NCBI RefSeq assembly: GCF_036321535.1 | Contig: NC_087437.1 | Span: 4,092,001 to 4,156,000, forward strand | DNA length: 64,000 nt | DNA from: Camelus dromedarius | Taxonomy: Eukaryota | Direction of reading: 5' to 3' | Part shown: positions 23,418 through 38,151 of the stretch, one piece after another | Layout: each line of letters opens with the position of its first letter | How positions within the stretch are numbered: the stretch's first letter is position 1 | Notes under the pieces: generated by a model | Seen by the model: the letters and a program-made list of their open reading frames with translations, nothing else | What the model was told of the DNA's origin: nothing | Database searches by the model: none | Translations under genes and position numbers: made by a program

Positions 23418-24292
23418 GGGGGTGAGTATAGCTCAGTGGTAGAGCGCCTGCTTAGCATGCAGGGGGTCCTGGTTCAATCTCCAGCACCTCCACTAAAAAT
23501 AAAGAAATAAATAAAAACCTAATTTCCCTCCTCCACCTACCCCAAAATATATACAGTGCTGTATGTTATATTTCAATAAAACTAGAAGGAAAAAATTTTT
23601 TTAATCAGCTCTTAAAAAAAAAAAAAGAAAGAAAAGAAAAAAGACTAAGAATAGACTTATCATATGGCCCAGGAATCCTGCTCCTGGGCACATATCCAGA
23701 AGGAACTCTACTTCAAAAGGACACCTGCATCCCAATGTTCACAGCAGCACTATTTACAATAGCCAAGACATGGAAACAGCCTAAATGTCCATCAATGGAT
23801 GACTGGATAAAGAAGATGTGGTGTATTTACACAATGGAATACTACTCTGCCATAAAAAAGAATAAAATAATGCCATTTGCAGCAACATGGATGCACCTGG
23901 AGATCATCATTCTAAATGAAGTAAGCCAGAAAGAGAAAGAAAAATATCATATGAGATCGCTCATATGTGGAATCTGAAAAAAAAAAAGAACATAAATACA
24001 AAACAGAAACAGACTCATAGACATAGAATATAAACTTGTGGTTGCCAAGGGGGCGGGGGGTGGGAAGGGACTGACTGGGAGTTCAAAATGTAGAATAGAT
24101 AAATAAGATTATACTGTATAGCACAGGGAAATATATATATACACAAGATCTTGTGTCAGCTCACAGTGAAAAATGTGATAGTGAATGTGTGTATGTTCAT
24201 GTAGAACTGAAAGATTGTGCTCTACACTGGAATTTGACACAACGTTGTAAAATGACTATAAACTCAATTTAAAAAATGTAAAAAAAAAAAAG
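23418..24292 (+). mobile_element. SINE (23418-23545) followed by an L1 3' end (about 23640-24292)
   Basis: SINE A/B boxes; L1 ORF2 C-terminal peptide (ORF 23735-23977); 3'UTR and poly-A. Confidence 0.85.
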
Positions 24293-25119
24293 ACAGAATT
24301 TATAATTAACATCTTATAAACATGAAAAGCATTTTTACAATTTCAAATAAAAAGATAGAAGAAAGAAAAGAAAGAAGAAAAGAAAACAGATTGAAAAAAA
24401 AAAAAAACCAAAGAAACAAAAAGCAAAACTTGGATAGAATAGTGAGGATTAAGTAAGGCCACAATAGCCCCAAACAGCAGGAAGCACTGGAAATGTCCCC
24501 ATGCTGGTGGTCAGTACCACTGGTCCATGAGAAGGTGAGTTCTCTGGGACAGCATCCAGCCAAACAATTTTCTTGCAGCCTTTAAATGAAATGCAAAATC
24601 TGGTGTGCTGTAAGGCTGTGCAATGTTGAAGCCCATGCAAAGGGCTCTTAAAATGCTTACATGCCCTGTTCTGTGTGTGCGGCAGGTACCAGTGGGAAGA
24701 TTAAATCTCCACGTTAATGCTGAGGAGGCTTGGGTTCATTTTGACCACAGCAAACATGGATGCGTCGTCTGTAATCTGTATGGTGTTCCACTACCAGAGA
24801 TGGCCAGGATGTACAGACTTACATTTTCAAAATATCCAAATATTTAAAATAAAAAATTTTAAGTCCTCCAAGACATGAGCAGGGAATGAAGGGGGTATGT
24901 ATTCAAAGAAACAAAAGAAAACTTAAATTCATGGTACACACCATCTTAACAGTCAGATTGATTGCTTCTCATTATTGAAACACTCTCAAAGGTACAGCTC
25001 TCTTAAATCAGAAGTTTGTAGTACTCCATCCATTCTGATTCAAGCAAGCTGAGGCTAATACACCTTTTTATTTTTTAAAGGAAGTTATAATAAAAAGCCT
25101 TTTAAAAATCTGGATCTCT

Positions 25120-25643
25120 TAGCCTAATACCCTCAAGATCTATCTATGACGTTGCAAGTGATAAGATTTCATTCTTTTCTATGGCTGAGTAGTATTCCAT
25201 TGTGTATATATATGCCACAACTTCTTTATCCATTCATCTATGGATAAGTCAGACAGAGAACAACAAATATTGTCTGATTTCACTTATACATGGAATCTAA
25301 TCAACCAAACAAATGAACAATGAAAACAGAAACAGATCCTTAAAGACAGAGAGCAAACTGGTTGTTGCCAGCAGGGAGCTGTGGGGTGGGGGATGAATGA
25401 AAAAGGTGAAGGGGATTAAGAGGAACAAACTTCCAGTTATCGAATAAATGTCACAGAGATGTAATATACACAGAGGGAGTATAATCAGTATAGAACAACT
25501 TTGTATGGTGATGGATGATAACTGGTCTTAGCAGAGGCAATCATTTCATAATACATAAAAATATCACATCACTGCCGTACACCTGAAACTGACATAATGT
25601 TGCAAGTTAATAATAACTCAGTTTAAAAAAAGAGAGTGAAGAC
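25120..25643 (+). mobile_element. 5'-inverted (twin-primed) L1 with a perfect 13-bp TSD
   Basis: TSD aatctggatctct at 25107-25119 and 25644-25656. About 25120-25243 is minus-strand L1 and about 25244-25632 is plus-strand L1 3'UTR with an A-tail. Confidence 0.88.
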
Positions 25644-26820
25644 AATCTGGATCTCTGTAAACTTTCTGTCCAGAAGGTACAATGTTTCTAATTTGAACTA
25701 CAGCTGCAAAAGTTACACAGCCACCCAATCCTTGGCTTCAAACCCATAACATTTAGAACTTATGCAACACCTCTCCTGAGGCTACTAAGAACCAGGGGTT
25801 GCAGGAAGACCTCTGCCCCAAATGAGCTAATTCATAATCTAGGACATGTCTTTGAAAAAATATTAAAAGCCTAGAAGGGATACAAAAGAGACTTCAGCAG
25901 AATGAAGAGAAATGCCATTTTTTCCCTTCAAAACGAGCACGCAAGAGTCATCATTTCTAAGCACCAATTTAATTTTTCTGCAGAAACAAGAATCTTGTCA
26001 GCTTTTGTATTGTAAGAAATAACACAGGGTCTGCGCCACTAAGTTCGAGATAGACAGTTGGTTATTTAACCCCTGATCTTTTCACTATTTCCCATTCTCC
26101 CTTCTCGGAAGTCAAAAAGTAGGAAGAAAACATATTCGAGGTGAGAGTTAAGTTCATGTTGAGACGGTGCGGGATAAATCCCTGGCACACAACAGGAACA
26201 AATCAACACTGAGTCAACGCCGGTGAACAAAACCAAACCCAAGAGCAAGCGTGGGCCAAGCAAATGTCATCGGTTGACTGTTTGTGTCACACTTTCCCCT
26301 AAATGCATTTTCTGGAACCACGGAAAGAGGCTGTCTGTTGTGAGGTTGGCTCAGCAGAAACGGTACAGGCTGGACAGTCAACTTGCAACAAGGCATTGAG
26401 ACTCACTAGGAATGAAGTGCCCAGCTAAGAAATTAGAAAAAGTTACAGAATTCCAAAGTACTTTAGAGATACTTTAAAGTACTAAAAATCTCAGCAGAAA
26501 TCAGCAAAGTAAAAAACAAAGATGAAGAAAATTAAGTTTGAAAAACACCAACCTCACAATAGACTGAGGGAAAAAAAAATGAGGGAGACAGAAGACACAA
26601 AAGGTAAGTGTATAAAAGAAAAAGGAGACACAACTTTAGTAATAAGGCAAAGACTTTTTAAAACATCAAAACAGGAGTTTAAAATGTTCCCAGGAAGAAA
26701 GCCCGAGGTCCAAATGGCTTTATTGCCAAGTTCTATCAAGCTTTTAAGAAACAGATCAACTGAAATTTTTACCAATTATTTCACAGACTAAAAAAAGATG
26801 AGTATTAGCCCTTTTATTCC

Positions 26821-26954
26821 TTTTTTTTTAAAGATTTTTTTGGGGGAAGAGGCAATTAGGTTTTCATTTACCTTTAACAGAGACACTGGGGATTGAAAGG
26901 AGGACCTCGTGCATGCTAGGCACGCACTCTACCACTGAGCTACACCCTCACCCC
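26821..26954 (-). mobile_element. tRNA-Ala-derived SINE
   Basis: Reverse-complement SINE with degenerate TSD agcccttttattcc / agcacttttatttc. Confidence 0.85.
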
Positions 26955-29900
26955 AGCACTTTTATTTCTATGGAGCCAGTATCATCTTGAAATGCAAACC
27001 AGCTAAGGGCTGTGTGAGAAAGGAAAATGAAAGGCCCATTTTACTCATGAATATACATGTAAAAACATCCTAAATAAAACATTAGCAAATCGACTCATTC
27101 AGGATATAAGGAAGATAGTACACCATTATCAGATTGGGTTTATCTCCAGTATGCAAGGGTGTTTTAAACTTGGAAAAGACATTTTTCCAAATAGGAAATG
27201 CAGATGGCCAATAGGCACGTAAAAAGATGCATAGCATCACTCATTAGCAGGGAAATGCAAACCGAAGCCACAATGAGATGTCACCTCACACCTCTCAGAA
27301 TGGCCATGATGAAAGAGAACACAAATAACAAGTGGAGAGGGTGTGGAGAAAAGGGAACCCTTGTGTACTGTTGGTGGGAATGTAGTTTGGTGCAACCACC
27401 GTGGAAAACAGTAGGGAGGTTTCTCAAAAGTCTAACGATAGAACTATCATATGACCCAGCAATCCCACTCCTGGATCTATATTTGAAAAAAACAAAAACA
27501 GTAATTCAAAAGGACAGATGCACCCCAGTGTTCATTTGCACCATTTACAACAGCCAAGACATGGAAACAACCTAAATGTCCATCAACAGGTGATTGGATA
27601 AAGAAGATGTGGTATATTTATACAATAGAATACTACTCAGCCATTAAAAAGGATGAAACAAGCCATTTGCAGCAACATGGTTGGACTTGAAGGACATTAT
27701 GCTAAGGGAAATAAGTCAGATAAAGACAAATACTGTATGATAGCGCTTATTTGTTGAATCTAAAAAATACAACAAACTAGTGACTGTAACAAAAAAAAGC
27801 AGACTCACAGATAAAGAGAACAAACTTATGGTTACCAGTGAGGGGAGAGGGGCAATATAAGGGCGGGGGAGTGGGAGGTACAAAGTATTGGGTATGAGAT
27901 AGGCCCCAGGATGTACTGTACAACATGAGGAATACAGCCAATATTTTATAATAACTGTAAATGGAAAGTAACCCTCAAAAATCATGTAACAATAAAAATA
28001 AAAAATATAATATTGAAGAATTGCTTTAATTTTTAAAAAGGAATAAATATGGTCTAAAAATTAGAAAGCACATAAATATTACTTACCACATCAACAGATT
28101 AAAGGAGACAAACTAAAAATATGAATACAAAATCAAAACAGACTCATAGACATAGAATACAAACTTGTGGTTGCCAAGGGGGTGGGGGATGGGAAGGGAT
28201 AGACTGGGATTTCAAAATGTAGAATAGATAAACAAGATTACACTGTATAGCACAGGGAAATATATACAAGATCTTATGGTAGCTCACAGAGGAGAAAATG
28301 TGTGACAATGAATATATATATGTTCATGTATAACTGAAAAATTGTGCTCTACACTGGAATTTGATGCAACATTGTAAAATTATTATAAATCAGTAAAAAA
28401 TGTTAAAAAAATATGAAAGGAAACCACCCATCAATTCATAATTAAAAAAGAAAAAACTTAGCAAATGAGGAGTAGAAGGAAACTTACTTAACCTGGTAAA
28501 GGATACATTTTAAAAATCTGCAATATATAAATCATCCTAGTGGGGAAATACTAGGAGTACTCTCTTCTCTGTTTAAAATGAGGAACTAGAAAAGGTGGCC
28601 CTCTTTCACTCCAAGGTTCTGGAAAAATTAAAGCCACAAGGATTGAAAGAAGAGTAAGAACAAATAAAATTGTCACTGTTTGCAAGTGACATGACTGTCT
28701 ACATCTGTAGACAAATTATTAAATACAACAAGTATTCAAGATGTCTTTGTGTAACATCAAGATGTAAAAGTCAATTGCATTTCAATAAATATGCAATAAG
28801 CAACTAGAAAACAATGGTCTTTTTAGAAGAGTCAGGTTGACATACCATCAACATATCAAACACCAAAAAAATTTTAAAGTGTAAAAGACTGATAGCAAAA
28901 TTTACAGAACTTTACTGAAGGACAATACCCCAAAGGCATGGAATAGACTGCCCAGAGACGCCCATGTATAGTTGCCTTGTAGACCAGTGGGATGGGAGGG
29001 GAATGGCTGTTTACCTGGAAACAGGTGAAGTTGCATCTCTCCTTCACACTGTACACATGGGTAAGGCTCTTAAATGTTTAAAGCAAAATTTTAAAATATT
29101 GCATAAAAATCATCAGTGGATATATTTTTGACCTTGGTTAGGGTTAGAGAAGATTCCTTAAACAGGACACAGAAAGTACCCACACCTCCCAAATTAATAA
29201 ATTGTATTATATTAGAATGAGAACTTCAAAGACATCTAAAAGAAAATGGAAAGACATACTGGAAAAAGATAGTCACAATACTGACAGAGGATGGGTATCA
29301 AAAACATATCAACGTTCCTAGAATTTCTAGGAATAAATAACCCAAAAGAAAATGGGGGAAAAAGCATGAATGGAAAACATAGAATTAAAAAACATATGGG
29401 CACTAACTGTGTGAAGAAATATTCAAACTCACTTGTGCTCAGGGAAATACAAACCAAGAGCTCATTGAAGTATCATTTTACAACTGGCAAAAATTAAAAA
29501 GTCTGATGAAATCGAGTATTGGAGAGGATGTGGATACGCAGGACCGCACCCACCCTGTCGGTGGAAGGGTAAATCGGTACTACCACTTTGGAAGACAGTT
29601 TGGCATTACCTCGTAACACTGAACGTGCTTTATGCCCTATGACCTGGCAGTTCTACTTCCAGAGAAGTTCTTGCACATATAGGTAAGGTGATGTGTTTAA
29701 GAACCATCAACAAAATAAAAATACAACTTCCTGAATGGGAGAAAATATTTGCAAATCTTTTATTTGATAAGAGGTTAATATCCAAAATGTATAAAGTCTC
29801 GTGCTGCTCAATAGCAAACCTCAATAGCAAGTGACTCAATGAAAAAAACGGTCAAAAGATCTGAATAGATATTTTCTCAAAGAAGACATACAAATGGCCA

Positions 29901-30307
29901 ACAGGCATGTGAAAAGATGCCCAACAGTACTGTTCATCAGGGAAATACAAATCAAAGCCTCAGTGAGATCATCTCCTGCCTGTCAGAGTGGCTATGATAA
30001 AAATGACAACAAATGACAGATGTTGCAGAGAAAAGGGAACCCTCGTGCGCTGCTGGTGGGAATGTAAATTGGCACAGCCACTGTGGAAAACAGTATGGAA
30101 GTTCCTCAAAAAATTAAACATAGAACTACCATTTGATCCAGCAATTCCACTTGGGTATTTATCTAAAGAAAATGAAAACATTAACTTGAAGAAATACATG
30201 CACCCTTGGGTACACTGTAGCACTGTTTACAATAGCCAAGATATTGAAGCAACCTAAGCGTCCATTGGTGGGTAAATAAGGAAATTGTGGTGTGTATATA
30301 TGTGTGA

Positions 30308-30311
<4 letters not shown>

Positions 30312-30340
<29 letters not shown>
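30312..30340. repeat. (CA)n microsatellite
   Basis: Direct reading. Confidence 0.95.
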
Positions 30341-30342
<2 letters not shown>

Positions 30343-31246
30343 TATATACAACAGAACATTATTCCATCATGAAAAAGAATGAAATCTTGCCATTTGCAGC
30401 AACAAGATGAATGGGCTTTGAGGGCATTATACTAAGTGAAATAAGTCAGACAGAGAAAGACAAATACTGTATGATCTCTCTTATATGTATAATCTAAAAA
30501 AACCCAAATAAACCCCCCAAAAACCCCACAAAACAAAAAACAATCAATCTCATAGATGCAGAGAAACATTGATGGTTATGAGAGGTGGGGGTAGGGGTTG
30601 GGATGGATAAACAGGTATTATCTTTTAAAAATTTTAAAAACTAAAAAAAGAAAACAAAAGAAAAAACAAATATTGGGAAGGAAGAAATCAACTTTCTTTG
30701 TTCAGACATGACATCATAATCTATGTAGAAAATCTGCAAGAATAAAACGTTCCTGAAACTATAAGCGATTATGGCAAAGTTGCAAGATACAAGGTAAATA
30801 TAGAAAAGTCAACCACTTTCCTATATACCAGCAATGAACCGGTGAAATTTGAAATTAAAAACACAGCGTCATTTACATTAGCTTCCCCTCAAATTAAATA
30901 ATAAATCTAACAAAATATATACAAGATCTTTATGAGGAAAATGACGAAACTCTGATGAAAGAAACCAGAGAAGAACTAAATAAATGGAGAAGTGTTTCAT
31001 GTTCATGGAAGGAAGACTCAGTATTGTCAAGATTTCAGTTTTTCCTAATTTGATCTATAAACTCAACACAATCCCAATCAAAATCTTAGCAAGTTATTTT
31101 GTTGTTATTGACAAACCGATTCTAAAGTTTATACGGAGACAAAGGTGGAACAGTCAATGCCATACTGAAGAAAGTTAGATGATTGACACCATCCGACTTC
31201 AAGACTATACTTACTATAAAGTTACAGTAATCAAGACGATGTGGTA

Positions 31247-31681
31247 CAGGCACACCTCAGAGATACTGTGGGCTCGGTTCCAGACCACTACAATAAAGCA
31301 AGTATCTCAGTAACACAAGTCACATACATTTTTTGGTTTCCTAGTGCATATAAAAGTAATGTTTACGCTAGACTGTAGTCTAAGTGTGCAGTAATATTAT
31401 GTCTAAAAAAAGCAATGTACATACCTTAATTTAAAAAACCACTTTATTGCTAAAAAATGCTAACCATCATCTGAGCCTTCAGGGTATTGTAATCTTTTTG
31501 TTGATGGAGGGCTTGAAATACTGTGAGAATCACCAAAATGTGTCGCAGAGGGACGAAGCGAGCAAATGCTGTTGGAAAAATGGCTGATAGACTCACCTCG
31601 TGCAGGGCTGCCACAAACCTCCCATTTGTGAAAAGTGCAGAATCTCAATCGAGTAAAGCACAATATAACAAGGTCTGCTCG
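31247..31681 (+). mobile_element. Internally deleted Tigger1-type (TcMar) DNA transposon inserted in L1 ORF2
   Basis: TA|caggcacacctcagagatactgtgggctcggttccagaccac ... caatataacaaggtctgctcg|TA. The L1 ORF2 sequence resumes on both sides. Confidence 0.88.
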
Positions 31682-34649
31682 TAATTGTGGAAATACACAC
31701 AGATCAACGAAACAGAGCAGAGAGCCCAGAAACAGACCCACGTAAATACTGTTAACTGATCTTTAAGAATCAGAAGTCATACAATGGAGTTTCATAGGTT
31801 TGTTACAGTATTAATAAGCAAGCAAATAAACAGAAAGTCTTGCAAAGACTCACGGATGAATGTGTGTAATGAGCTAAAGGTTAGAATTAATCCAATTCTG
31901 CGTCCCTGAGATCCAATAAATGTATAGATAAAGAATAACCAATTTTTAAAGTTAAATAAGTTATAGGAAAGGAAAAGAAAACAGCAATTAAGCTGAGTCC
32001 AGTGACGTGTTGCGGGGAGGTATGGAACAGTTACAGGGAGAAATTTGTCCCCCCGAGACTGTCATCTGTGCCAAGTTTTGTGTTAGTGGAATGGGAAACA
32101 GGAAAGCAAGAACACATTTCGGCCAAAAACTTTCCCCAAGTTTATAACTCTGCCCGGCATCCTGCAGGACCCAATTGAAGGCACTCGAATAAACAAACTT
32201 TCACCAAAGATAAACCGTCTATGCGCACCCAAAATCTGATCTGTGCGTCCCCTCTCTGCATTGGAAGGGTGTCACTGAGCCGTGGGTGTCAGCTGGGGAC
32301 TGCATGTCCCAGACCCACTTGCAGTGGCTAAGTGGCCACTGGGCCAGCAGAATTGATGTCACCCACTTCCAGGCCTTATGCCTCTCACAGGGTGCTCCCC
32401 CATCCTTTCCTGGCTGGAATGGAGACAACCCCAAAGCCAAAAATTAAAGATGGCAGAGCTACTCTCAGCCTGGGGGCAGAATGGCCACGTGGAGAGGTCC
32501 TGTGCCATGAATGCACGCATCCACCTACTTCTGTTACATCAGTAACAGTGATGATTTTTTGGTTTTTAATGGTCAGGTTGTTTATTAAGGAGGCAACCAC
32601 ATATACAAGTTCGGCTACAGAAATGTTTGCAAATCAAACTTCATGTGATATAAAAGGACTGCGTGTAAATGTCAAAATGGACACCTGTGTATTCAATAAA
32701 AGTTAAATATACATAGTCTAGATCATTCTAGAGTTATACAAACATCTGGGGACACATGTATCTTTCCTTTCAGAAAAACCTTTTTTTAATAAAAGTGATG
32801 TATTTAGGTAATAATTTTTAAAAATATCTGACAATTATGAATGGTCCCCAGTATTACAAAATGTGATTTAGGTATGAAAACCAAAAAAAAAAGAAAAAAC
32901 AGCCCTTCAGAGAGTGTTTTACATTATACAAACAAGTTTTGTCGAAAAATGATCCAGCAAATGCTTAAGAATATTTATATTTTTTCCCAATTCTGTATCA
33001 ACACACACACAAAAATAACACTCAAACATTGAGAAAATTAAATAACTTTGGAAGCAGAGCACACTTATCACTGTGTTTTTGTGGATACATTTTGGGGTAT
33101 ATTTGCTACAGCAGCAAGTGTCACTCAAACCAATGCAGCCGCCAACACCTGTGATGGTGGGGCACCATGAAACAGCGGGGACAGGAGAGGATGTGGCAGG
33201 GCTTAGTAGGAGGGGGCCGAACAAATGCCCGAGCACAGGGGGGCTCGCTCCATGAAGAATGCCTTGCAGTTCCCAACACTGAGGGCACGCTCTGATTACA
33301 CTGCCATTCAGCTGCAGGCTGCGTAGCCTAGTGGTTCAACTCACAGGTTCTGGCATCAGACTTAAATCAGGATTAAAATCCTGCTCATGTGGCCCACTGA
33401 CTCATGACAGACAAGTAACTTAACCCCTCTGAACCTATTTCTCAGACATAAAATGGTGTCAGTGGCCACACCCACTCCAGGGAACGGCTGCGGGGGTTAA
33501 ATGAATTGATGTAAAGGAGTTGGCAGAGCGTTCGCTTTGCTGTAGATTTTAAATAAATGTCAGCTGTTATTCTTTTTGCTTTTAATTGCCATCTTTACGG
33601 TGGGACAGCTTGTAGGTACAGCAGTCTAGGAAAACCACTTGCTAAGGGGTGCCCTGGAAGGGAACTCTATTTACTTCCTCTCCTCAAGTCGTTCCCACTC
33701 ACATTTTCAAACCTTAACACTTGTATAGGCTCATACAGGTAAAAACATCTGCGGAAGTAAACCCTTTGCCCCCTTTCCAAGCCCTGTGGTAGCCATTACC
33801 TTCCTGGGCCCTGAGAGCATCTCTGTGAGGAAAACAGGAATTAGGGTTCCCATTTTACAAAGGAGACATCTGAGGGTGAGCGAGGTTAAGCACCCCCCAG
33901 CTCCCAGCTAGCCTCCGAGCACGAGCCCTGGACTTCTTCCACTACATCCAAACGCTTTCCATGCGGCACAGCCTGGAACTATCTGGTTCTCTGAGGATGA
34001 ACGAATGTCATCTCCTGTGTTAGAATGTATCATCTGTTTGTAATGACTTTTTCTTTTTCTTTCTTTTTTTTTTTTTTTTTGCTGAAAACTGTTTCTTTAA
34101 ATTATCTCCCTTCTCAATGAATTAGGATCAACTGCTGTGAATCTCTGCTGTTTACAGCTGGTTCCATCAGGTCTGAATGGAGGTCTGCATCTCCAAGTTG
34201 CTGTTTTTCCCTCTTTGGCTGAAGTTACAACAGAGCAGCCATACTGACACAGTTCAGAGGCCAGCAATGACGTCAGCTGGTCTGAGGTCTGTCCAGCAAT
34301 ACCAGAAGGACCAGAGAGCTAATGAAACACATTGGGTCACTGATAAAATATTTTTAATCCTTGCAGCTAAATCAAAAGCATCCACGGCTTAGGGTGGCAG
34401 GAGGTTGGAGTTAAACCTAACTGGTCCTGTTTAGCATCCTAGCAGTTAAACATCTACTCATTGTTGACCTTGCAAGTTTCAGGTTTAGAAAAATCAAGAG
34501 GTAACTAAAGAGATTCAGACACAGAGCAGCATTCTCAAATTGGCATGGATTTTCCCTATCAGCTCTGAAAAATGTTGGGTGCCTCTGAAAAATATTCCAA
34601 CCTCACACTGAACAAACAAAATAAAGGGTAACTCCTAAGAGCCTTCGTT

Positions 34650-36245
34650 TGGCAGAAGACCTAAATAGACATTTCTCTGAAGAAGACATGCAGATGGCCA
34701 ACAGGCACATGAAAATAAACTCAACATCACTAAATAATTAGAGAAATACAAATCGAAACCACAATGAGGTATCATATCACACCAGTCAGAACAGCCATCA
34801 TCAATAAGTCTACAAAGAATAAATGCTGGAGAGGGTGTGGAGAAAAGGGAACCCTCCTACACTGCAGGTGGGAATGTAGTTTGATGCAGCCACTATGGAA
34901 AACAGTGTGGAGGTTCCTTAAAAAACTAAAAATAGATTCACCCTATGACCCAAGAATCCTAACCCCAGGCATATACCTGGAGAAAACTCCAATTCAGAAA
35001 AATACATGCACCCCAATGTTCATAGCAGGACTATTTACAATAGTTAAGACATGGAAGCAACCTAAATGTCCACTGACAGATGACTGGATAAAGAAGTTGT
35101 GGTATTTATACAATGGAATACTACTCTACCATAAAAAATAAAATAATGCCATTTGCAGCAACATGGATTGACCTGGAGATCTTCATACTAAGTGAAATAA
35201 GTCAAAGATAACAATATGGTATCACTTACACATGGAATCTAAAAAAATGATACAAATGAACTTTTAAAACCAGAAATACTCACAGATATAGAAAACAAAC
35301 TATGGTGGAAATGCAGTTTGGTGCAGCCACTATGGAGGACAGTATGGAGATTCCTCAAAAAACTAAGAATTGAGTTACCCTATGATCCAGCAATCCCACT
35401 CCTGGGCATATATCTGGAGGGAACTCTAATTTGAAAAGATACACGCACCCCAATGTTCATGGCAGCACTATTTACAATAGCCAAGACATGGAAGCAACCT
35501 AAATGTCCATCAACAGACGACTGGATAAGGAAGATGTGGGGGTTGTGTGTGTGAGTATAATGGAATACTACTCCACCAAAAAAAAAAAAAAAAGAATGAA
35601 ATAATGCCATTTGCAGTAACATGGATGAACCTGGAGATCATTCTAAGTAGAGTAAGCCATAAAGAGAAAGAAAAATACCATATGGTATTACTCATATGTG
35701 GAACCAAAAAAAAAGAAAAAACACAATGAACTCATCTACAAAACAGACTCACAGACATCGTAAACAATCTTTTGGTTACAAAAGAAGAGGGGGTAGGAAG
35801 GGATAAAGTAGGAGTTTGTAATTTGCAAATATTAACTACTATATTAAACCCCCCCCCCACAAATTTCTTCTGTATAGCACAAGGAACTATATTAAGTATC
35901 TTGTAGTAACTTTTAATGAAAAAGAATATGATGACAAATATATGTATGTTTATGTATGACTGAAACATTATGCTGAACACCAGAAATTGACACATTGTAA
36001 CTGACTATACTTCAATTAAAAAAAAAAACAAAACTGTGGTTACCAAAGGGGAAAGGGGTGGGAGGGATAAATTAGGAGTTCGAGATTAATGTATACACAC
36101 TACTATATATAGAATAAACACCAAAGTCCTACTGTACAGCATAGGAAACTATATTCAATATCTTGTAATGACAAATAATGGAAAAGAATCTGAAGAAAAT
36201 ATATAAAATATACTTATATAGTCATAAGCATATATATACATATAT
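34650..36245 (+). mobile_element. L1 3' portion with a second L1 (35307-36030) nested inside
   Basis: ORF2 C-terminal zinc-knuckle peptide (34764-35141); inner TSD aaactatggt / aaactgtggt. Confidence 0.88.
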
Positions 36246-36743
36246 GGATCCATGGTTTGAATGACTATAGCTTGTTGGGGGGAATCCCAGAATGAATCAG
36301 AAGAGTTAATACTTACTGCCCTCTTACTCTGTGCTAGGCATCTCTCTAAGGGCTACACTCAATCCTCTCAAAGACCCAATGAATATCAATGAATATTAGA
36401 CCCATTTTACAGATAAGACTGAGTCAGAGGGTTATGATGCTTGCCAAAAGTCACACAGTGCTTAATGGATAGAAGTGCAATCAATTAATCTATCAAATGT
36501 GAACAGAGTGTCCCCAACTGCTTGCCTATGTTGAGGGACAAAACCTACACTCTGTTGAGCTGCAACACATACAGTAATTACAGAACAATTAACTGTTGAA
36601 TGATGCACATTGGCTAGACTACCATCTCTGGAAACAGTGCTACTGCTACAGAATCTCCTGGGCTAGAACCATGGGAATTAGGACAAATTCCTTTCTTCCA
36701 CACCCCTAAGCAAGAGTGTTTTTATTTTAAAAAGTAGAGCTCA

Positions 36744-37538
36744 TTTCACCTCACACCAGTGGTCATCATTCAAAGTCCACAAACAATAAATGCTGGATAG
36801 GTTGGGGAAAAAAGGGAACCCCCCTACACTGTTGGTGGGAATGTAGTTTGGTGCAGCTACTATGGAAAACAACATGGAGATTCCTTAAAAAACTAAAAAT
36901 AGACATACCATATGATCCAGCAATCCCACTTCTGGGCATATATCCAGAAGGAACTCTAATTTGAAAAGATACATGTATTCCAATTTCATAACACTACTTA
37001 CAATAGCCAAGACATGGAAGCAATCTAAATGTCCATCAACAGATAACTGGATAAAGAAGTTGTGGTATTATTTATACAATGGACTACTACTCAGGCATAA
37101 AAAGATAAAATAATGCCATTTGCAGCAATATGAATGGACCTGGAGATTATCATACTAAGTGATGTAAGCCAGAAAGAAAAAGAAAACTACCATGTGGTAT
37201 CACTCATGTGGAATCTAAAAAAAGAAAAAAGAAGACACTAATGAACTCATCTACAAAACAGAAACAGACTCACAGACATAGTAAATGATCTTATGGTTAC
37301 TGGGGGAGTGGGGGTGGGAAGGGATAAATTGGGAGTTGGAGATCTGCAAATATTAACTATTATATGTAAAACAGATAAAACATATTTATTCTGTAAAGCA
37401 CAGGGAACTATATTCAATACCTTGTAGTAATCTATAATGAAAAAGAATATACAAATGAATATATGTATATGCATGACTGGGACATTGTGCTGTACACCAG
37501 AAGTTGACACATAGAAACTGACTATACTTCAATAAAAC
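36744..37538 (+). mobile_element. 5'-truncated L1 with a perfect 15-bp TSD
   Basis: TSD aaaaagtagagctca at 36729-36743 and 37539-37553, following a tttt/aaaa endonuclease site. Confidence 0.92.
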
Positions 37539-38151
37539 AAAAAGTAGAGCTCAGATCCAGCCATGTCTCAACACCATTTTCATTCCCAACCTAATCTAAG
37601 ACCCCATCAGCTCAGCTGATGAGCAAAAGCCTCTGTTTTAGACTCCCTGCTTTCACTCTTGCCCCACTACAGATTCTTTCAGAATGCTTTACTTTAAAAC
37701 AAAGAATGAGATCATGATCCTTCATCTACTCAAGATTCCTTACCATGTCCATCAAGGCCCTACAAGGTCTGGGTCCTACTCATCCTCTGACCTCATCTCC
37801 TTCTCCCCGCCCCGACTCCAGCATCACTCATCCTGCTTCATCTGGAATAGGACAAGCTTGTTCTACTTCACACCCTTTGCATTTTCAGCATCCCCACTTT
37901 GCTTAGCTGTTTATGTATTGTGTCCTCCTTAGACTTTTGGTCAATGCCTTACTGAAAAGCACTTCCCCTTACATACCTTTCCCATCCCTTAAAAGTGCTG
38001 ATTGTGGGAAAAATAAGAAATAACTGGGGTGTTTTCAAATAAAGTGTAATGAAAATATTCAACAACAATAACACGGAAGATGGGAGAGGGCTATTATTCA
38101 AGAAAAGCATCAATATTTACTAAGGTTAACTCTGATAAAACAAAAGACTCT

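Larger units (their letters stand above)
26430..31930 (+). mobile_element. Large nested cluster: old L1 ORF2 relics interrupted by younger L1 3' ends (about 27170-28030, 28115-28410, 29700-30650), a SINE and a Tigger
   Basis: Several L1 ORF2 peptides in the ORF track (27198-27575, 29988-30257, 30984-31178), all on the plus strand. Confidence 0.8.
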
